A stretch of 63,094 bases of DNA, filler included, from Lenisia limosa (lineage: Eukaryota; Protista; Breviatea), in NCBI GenBank assembly GCA_001655205.1. It is 10 parts of 10 records of this genome, joined end to end, with 100 filler letters (N's around TTAATTAATTAA, not from the genome) between each part and the next. Parts side by side here need not be neighbours in the genome. Positions count along the whole stretch, not along the records: positions 54,837 to 61,075 come from LPNZ01008892.1; positions 61,176 to 63,094 come from LPNZ01011102.1; 8 more parts are not named here. The stretch is one strand, 5' to 3'. The translations under genes were made by a program, and so were the position numbers. Every line of letters starts with the position of its first letter. The stretch's first letter is position 1. Shown here in pieces: positions 60,601 through 63,094 of the stretch. The notes beneath the pieces were generated by a model. That model was not told the origin of the DNA and ran no database searches. It worked only from the letters and a program-made list of their open reading frames with translations.

Positions 60601-60961
60601 TTTCTGGCCCAATCACCCCAGCAGGTATGGATAATATCCTCAAAAATCCTCGATAAATATTGATAATTAAACGGTCTTTTTCGGACCGTAGGGAAGCCCG
60701 TATGGAGGATGTTAAGAGAGTACGCTATCATATATCGTCAGTAAATACTGATATTCATCATGGGGATTGAGAAATCCATTCGTTTTGGTATCTGGTGACC
60801 TATAATCACAACTTTGCTACATTCTTTAAATGGCAACTTCCCTTTAAGAGATTTTATCCCATTCTCACCTCTGCAGCCCTCGACGCGGGGTGGTACGGAT
60901 CCAGCCAGCCGGATAGTGAAGACAGTGACGTGGAGTATGGCGATATTTATTCCCAAAATGG
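57669..60961 (+). CDS. Hypothetical spliced, Pro/Ser/acid-rich protein (partial)
   Basis: Phase-consistent exons RNLRRGSAAEMYNEDADSDAELLPSVHL-DSEVDVFDYPEGSLESEIGDIDIT-KHDSFIKPVSLP...MSSLLLPL. Further blocks at 58952-59180, 59890-60028 and 60877-60960. Confidence 0.45.
58018..58084 (-). mobile_element. Family A copy, antisense, G-run immediately after a donor
   Basis: ACT|gtgaggggtggggggctaaaattggaaaatttatgaaacaaaac...aatcaactctgt. Confidence 0.85.
58819..58949. repeat. ~19-bp minisatellite x~7 (cctccttacacatttatat) ending at an acceptor-like cattcag
   Basis: Directly visible. Confidence 0.92.
59640..59744 (+). mobile_element. Family A copy
   Basis: tgctatcaaccctcgtgtattgtcaaccaaaagagttgatttggtttttttttgtttcataattttccaattttac then N gap. 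Confidence 0.85.
60381..60444 (+). mobile_element. Family A copy
   Basis: gctgcagaagtgactggccaaggctttgtttgttttgttgttatcatgtattgtcagccaa. Confidence 0.82.
60636..60699. mobile_element. MITE family B right half
   Basis: aaatcctcgataaatat...cggtctttttcggaccgtagggaagccc. Confidence 0.7.
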
Positions 60962-60993
60962 TAAGTATGGAGATATTTATTCCGAATATTGTC
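60934..60993 (+). repeat. 30-bp tandem duplication spanning a GTAAGT donor
   Basis: agtatggcgatatttattcccaaaatg|gta / agtatggagatatttattccgaatattgtc. Confidence 0.8.
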
Positions 60994-61075
60994 TCTTGAT
61001 CTAATGCATCGAAATTTCCTGTGTCCCCCCCCCCCCCAGACAAATTTTTCCGATTAGTATTTTACGCCAATATTC

Positions 61076-61175
61076 NNNNNNNNNNNNNNNNNNNNNNNNN
61101 NNNNNNNNNNNNNNNNNNNTTAATTAATTAANNNNNNNNNNNNNNNNNNNNNNNNNNNNNNNNNNNNNNNNNNNN
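61076..61175. other. Artificial contig linker
   Basis: 44N-TTAATTAATTAA-44N. Confidence 0.97.
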
Positions 61176-61795
61176 TACACTATCTACATGGGGGGTGCAG
61201 TTATGATTCTGACATTGTAGCCGCGCGGACTACTATCATGCTGACATGGATGATGAGTCATCTCCACTAATTGTGTAATATTATGGTACCTGTTTCTCAA
61301 CTGTTTTTAGATCTACATATTGGTTGCTGAGTAAATACACAACCCTCTTTTATTCTTCATTTCTGAATTAACAAAATGTGCGCAAGTACAACAGTCTTAT
61401 AAAATGCACTCAAGTAAAAACAGAAAACACCATCAAACCAAACAGCGCCAGTGATCCCACATAGACTAGCCCACTCGCCAGTTGACAACCATTAGGTTTT
61501 TAGGACAAGGAGTTGTTGAAGTAGAAAGAAAACAATTCTGATAAGATTAAAAATGTGATCAATTCACACTGTGACACATAGTACAATGGAAATACATACT
61601 ACCATTAAATACCAAGAAACCAATAACATGGAAAAACCTCCAAAACGCAAAGAAACCACATCTCATACAAAAAAAAAAATGTTGAAAAGAGCCTATTAGA
61701 GCCTTTCCACCAGGTCGTTCTCACTACAAAGTAAAACAGGGGTTTTAGAGGAAGAGTTTCAGATCCCCCCTCCCTACAGGATATCTATGTATATA

Positions 61796-63030
61796 GGTAC
61801 GTCACCTGACCGTGAACACTTACCTGACCGTGAACATAACCTGACCGTGAACATCAGACTTTTTTTTTTTTTCGTTTATTTCATCACAATTGCGATATAT
61901 ATATCCCAAAAATTGCCCAGTTTTATTTAAAAATGGCTGTTAAATAAGAGAAGAAAATTTCTTGGGATAATAAAACACACAAAAATATATCACTGAACTG
62001 AACTGAACTGAAATGAACTTATTCCATTTATGTCGACTCGATCTAGATTTCTCTTTTGAAAAAACGTTGGGAGTGGTGGAATTGGCTTACGCAAATGTTT
62101 CCCCTTCAACCCCTGGTTCAACAAAACTTGGTTTTTGTTTTGTTATCCATAAAGGCGATGTCAAGATAATTTGAAATAGTTTTTAGAATACTGGAAAGGT
62201 CATTCTTCAAACCAGTTTCGTTGAAATTTTGTACCGATTTACAGCCAATCGAAATAAAAAACACTATTTTTAGAATTCTCTGCGACGAATCAGCAGTATT
62301 AGGTATGACGTTGTTGTACAGCAACTAACTGTAGACTTTTTTGACGAACCCCGAAAAGTAAAAGACTCTTGATGTATTAAGCAAATCAAAAATAGAGATG
62401 TTGAAGTAACTATTTTGGAACAAATTTGTTCTTGAAAATTCTGTATTTTCCCTATTTTTCCAGGAAAACCACTGTAAAAGTGGAAAAATCCGATTCAAGT
62501 CTTTTCCAATCGAATTACCTCTCGTTTTTTTGCTCNNNNNNNNNNGGAAAACCACTGTAAAAGTGGGAAAATCCCTACTCCGGTGTTTTCCATTCGAATT
62601 GCTCGTCGTTTTTTTCTTCATTGTTGTCTTCCTTGTTTCCTCGTAGTTTTCTGAGGAAATAAAGCAATTTTTTTGACGCCTGCCTCCATTTTTTCAACTG
62701 AGGCCGTAAACTTGTGTTTTCCGGCCAGAAATCTCCAGTAAAAAAAAAAAAAGCAGAAAACCACTCCCAGGAAAAAAAACTCGGGTTTTTCTTTTAAATA
62801 CTTCATTTGGAAATGATGTTGGTACTGTTAACTGCTATTTCTTCAATATATCATATATCATATACATATCGATATATAACAATAAAATTTTTTGCTGTAT
62901 CATACTTATTTTGACAAAATCGTTAGCAATATCAAGTAATATTGACAAAATAAGGGAAAAAAAAGGGGCCAATGTTCACGGCCAGGTTATGCTCACTGTC
63001 AGGTTAGTGTTCACGGTCAGGTGACGTACC
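61796..63030. mobile_element. Non-autonomous TIR DNA transposon, 1235 bp, TIRs built of 17-18-bp subrepeats
   Basis: Left end GGTACGTCacctgaccgtgaacac with acctgaccgtgaaca x3. Right end is the reverse complement (62972-63030). Flanks are tatgtatata|...|tatgtatgta. No transposase ORF recognised. Confidence 0.88.
62462..62600. repeat. ~84-bp direct repeat inside the TIR element
   Basis: ggaaaaccactgtaaaagtgg...ttttcca.tcgaatt.ctc starts at 62462 and 62546 (a 10-N gap lies between). Confidence 0.75.
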
Positions 63031-63094
63031 TATGTATGTAGCTATATCTGATTTGTATAATTACTCACTTCCCCCCAACAGAACCCCCCCCCCC

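Noticed and set aside
61801-61855. CRISPR-like arrays (also 935-1022, 53029-53127, 53623-53697)
   Set aside because: Units are contiguous with no unique spacers, there are no cas genes, and the context is eukaryotic.

Overview
Intron-rich genomic DNA of a microbial eukaryote (GT-AG introns mostly 35-100 nt, CTAAC branch points). No prokaryotic operons, CRISPR, rRNA or tRNA were seen. It is not one locus: nine artificial 100-bp linkers (44 N + TTAATTAATTAA + 44 N) join ten separate contigs, so several genes are truncated and adjacency across linkers means nothing. Genes were reconstructed by manual splicing, so coordinates are gene spans, not exon lists. Recognisable genes: a SPATA17-like IQ protein, a histidine acid phosphatase, a HEAT-repeat protein, a large type-I membrane protein with ~12 STIG1-like Cys repeats, guanine deaminase, a Upf1-like SF1 helicase fragment, an Aa_trans amino-acid transporter fragment, RAD54B and a BLTP3/UHRF1BP1-like chorein-N lipid-transfer protein. 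The most unusual signals are non-coding and tied to splicing. (1) At least seven short tandem duplications (29-43 bp) sit on exon-intron junctions, with the extra copies inside the intron. (2) A ~150-bp intronic repeat family has a C/G homopolymer end that repeatedly abuts a splice site. There are also a TA-flanked ~95-bp MITE family and two ~1.3-kb TIR elements. The organism cannot be named from the sequence alone.
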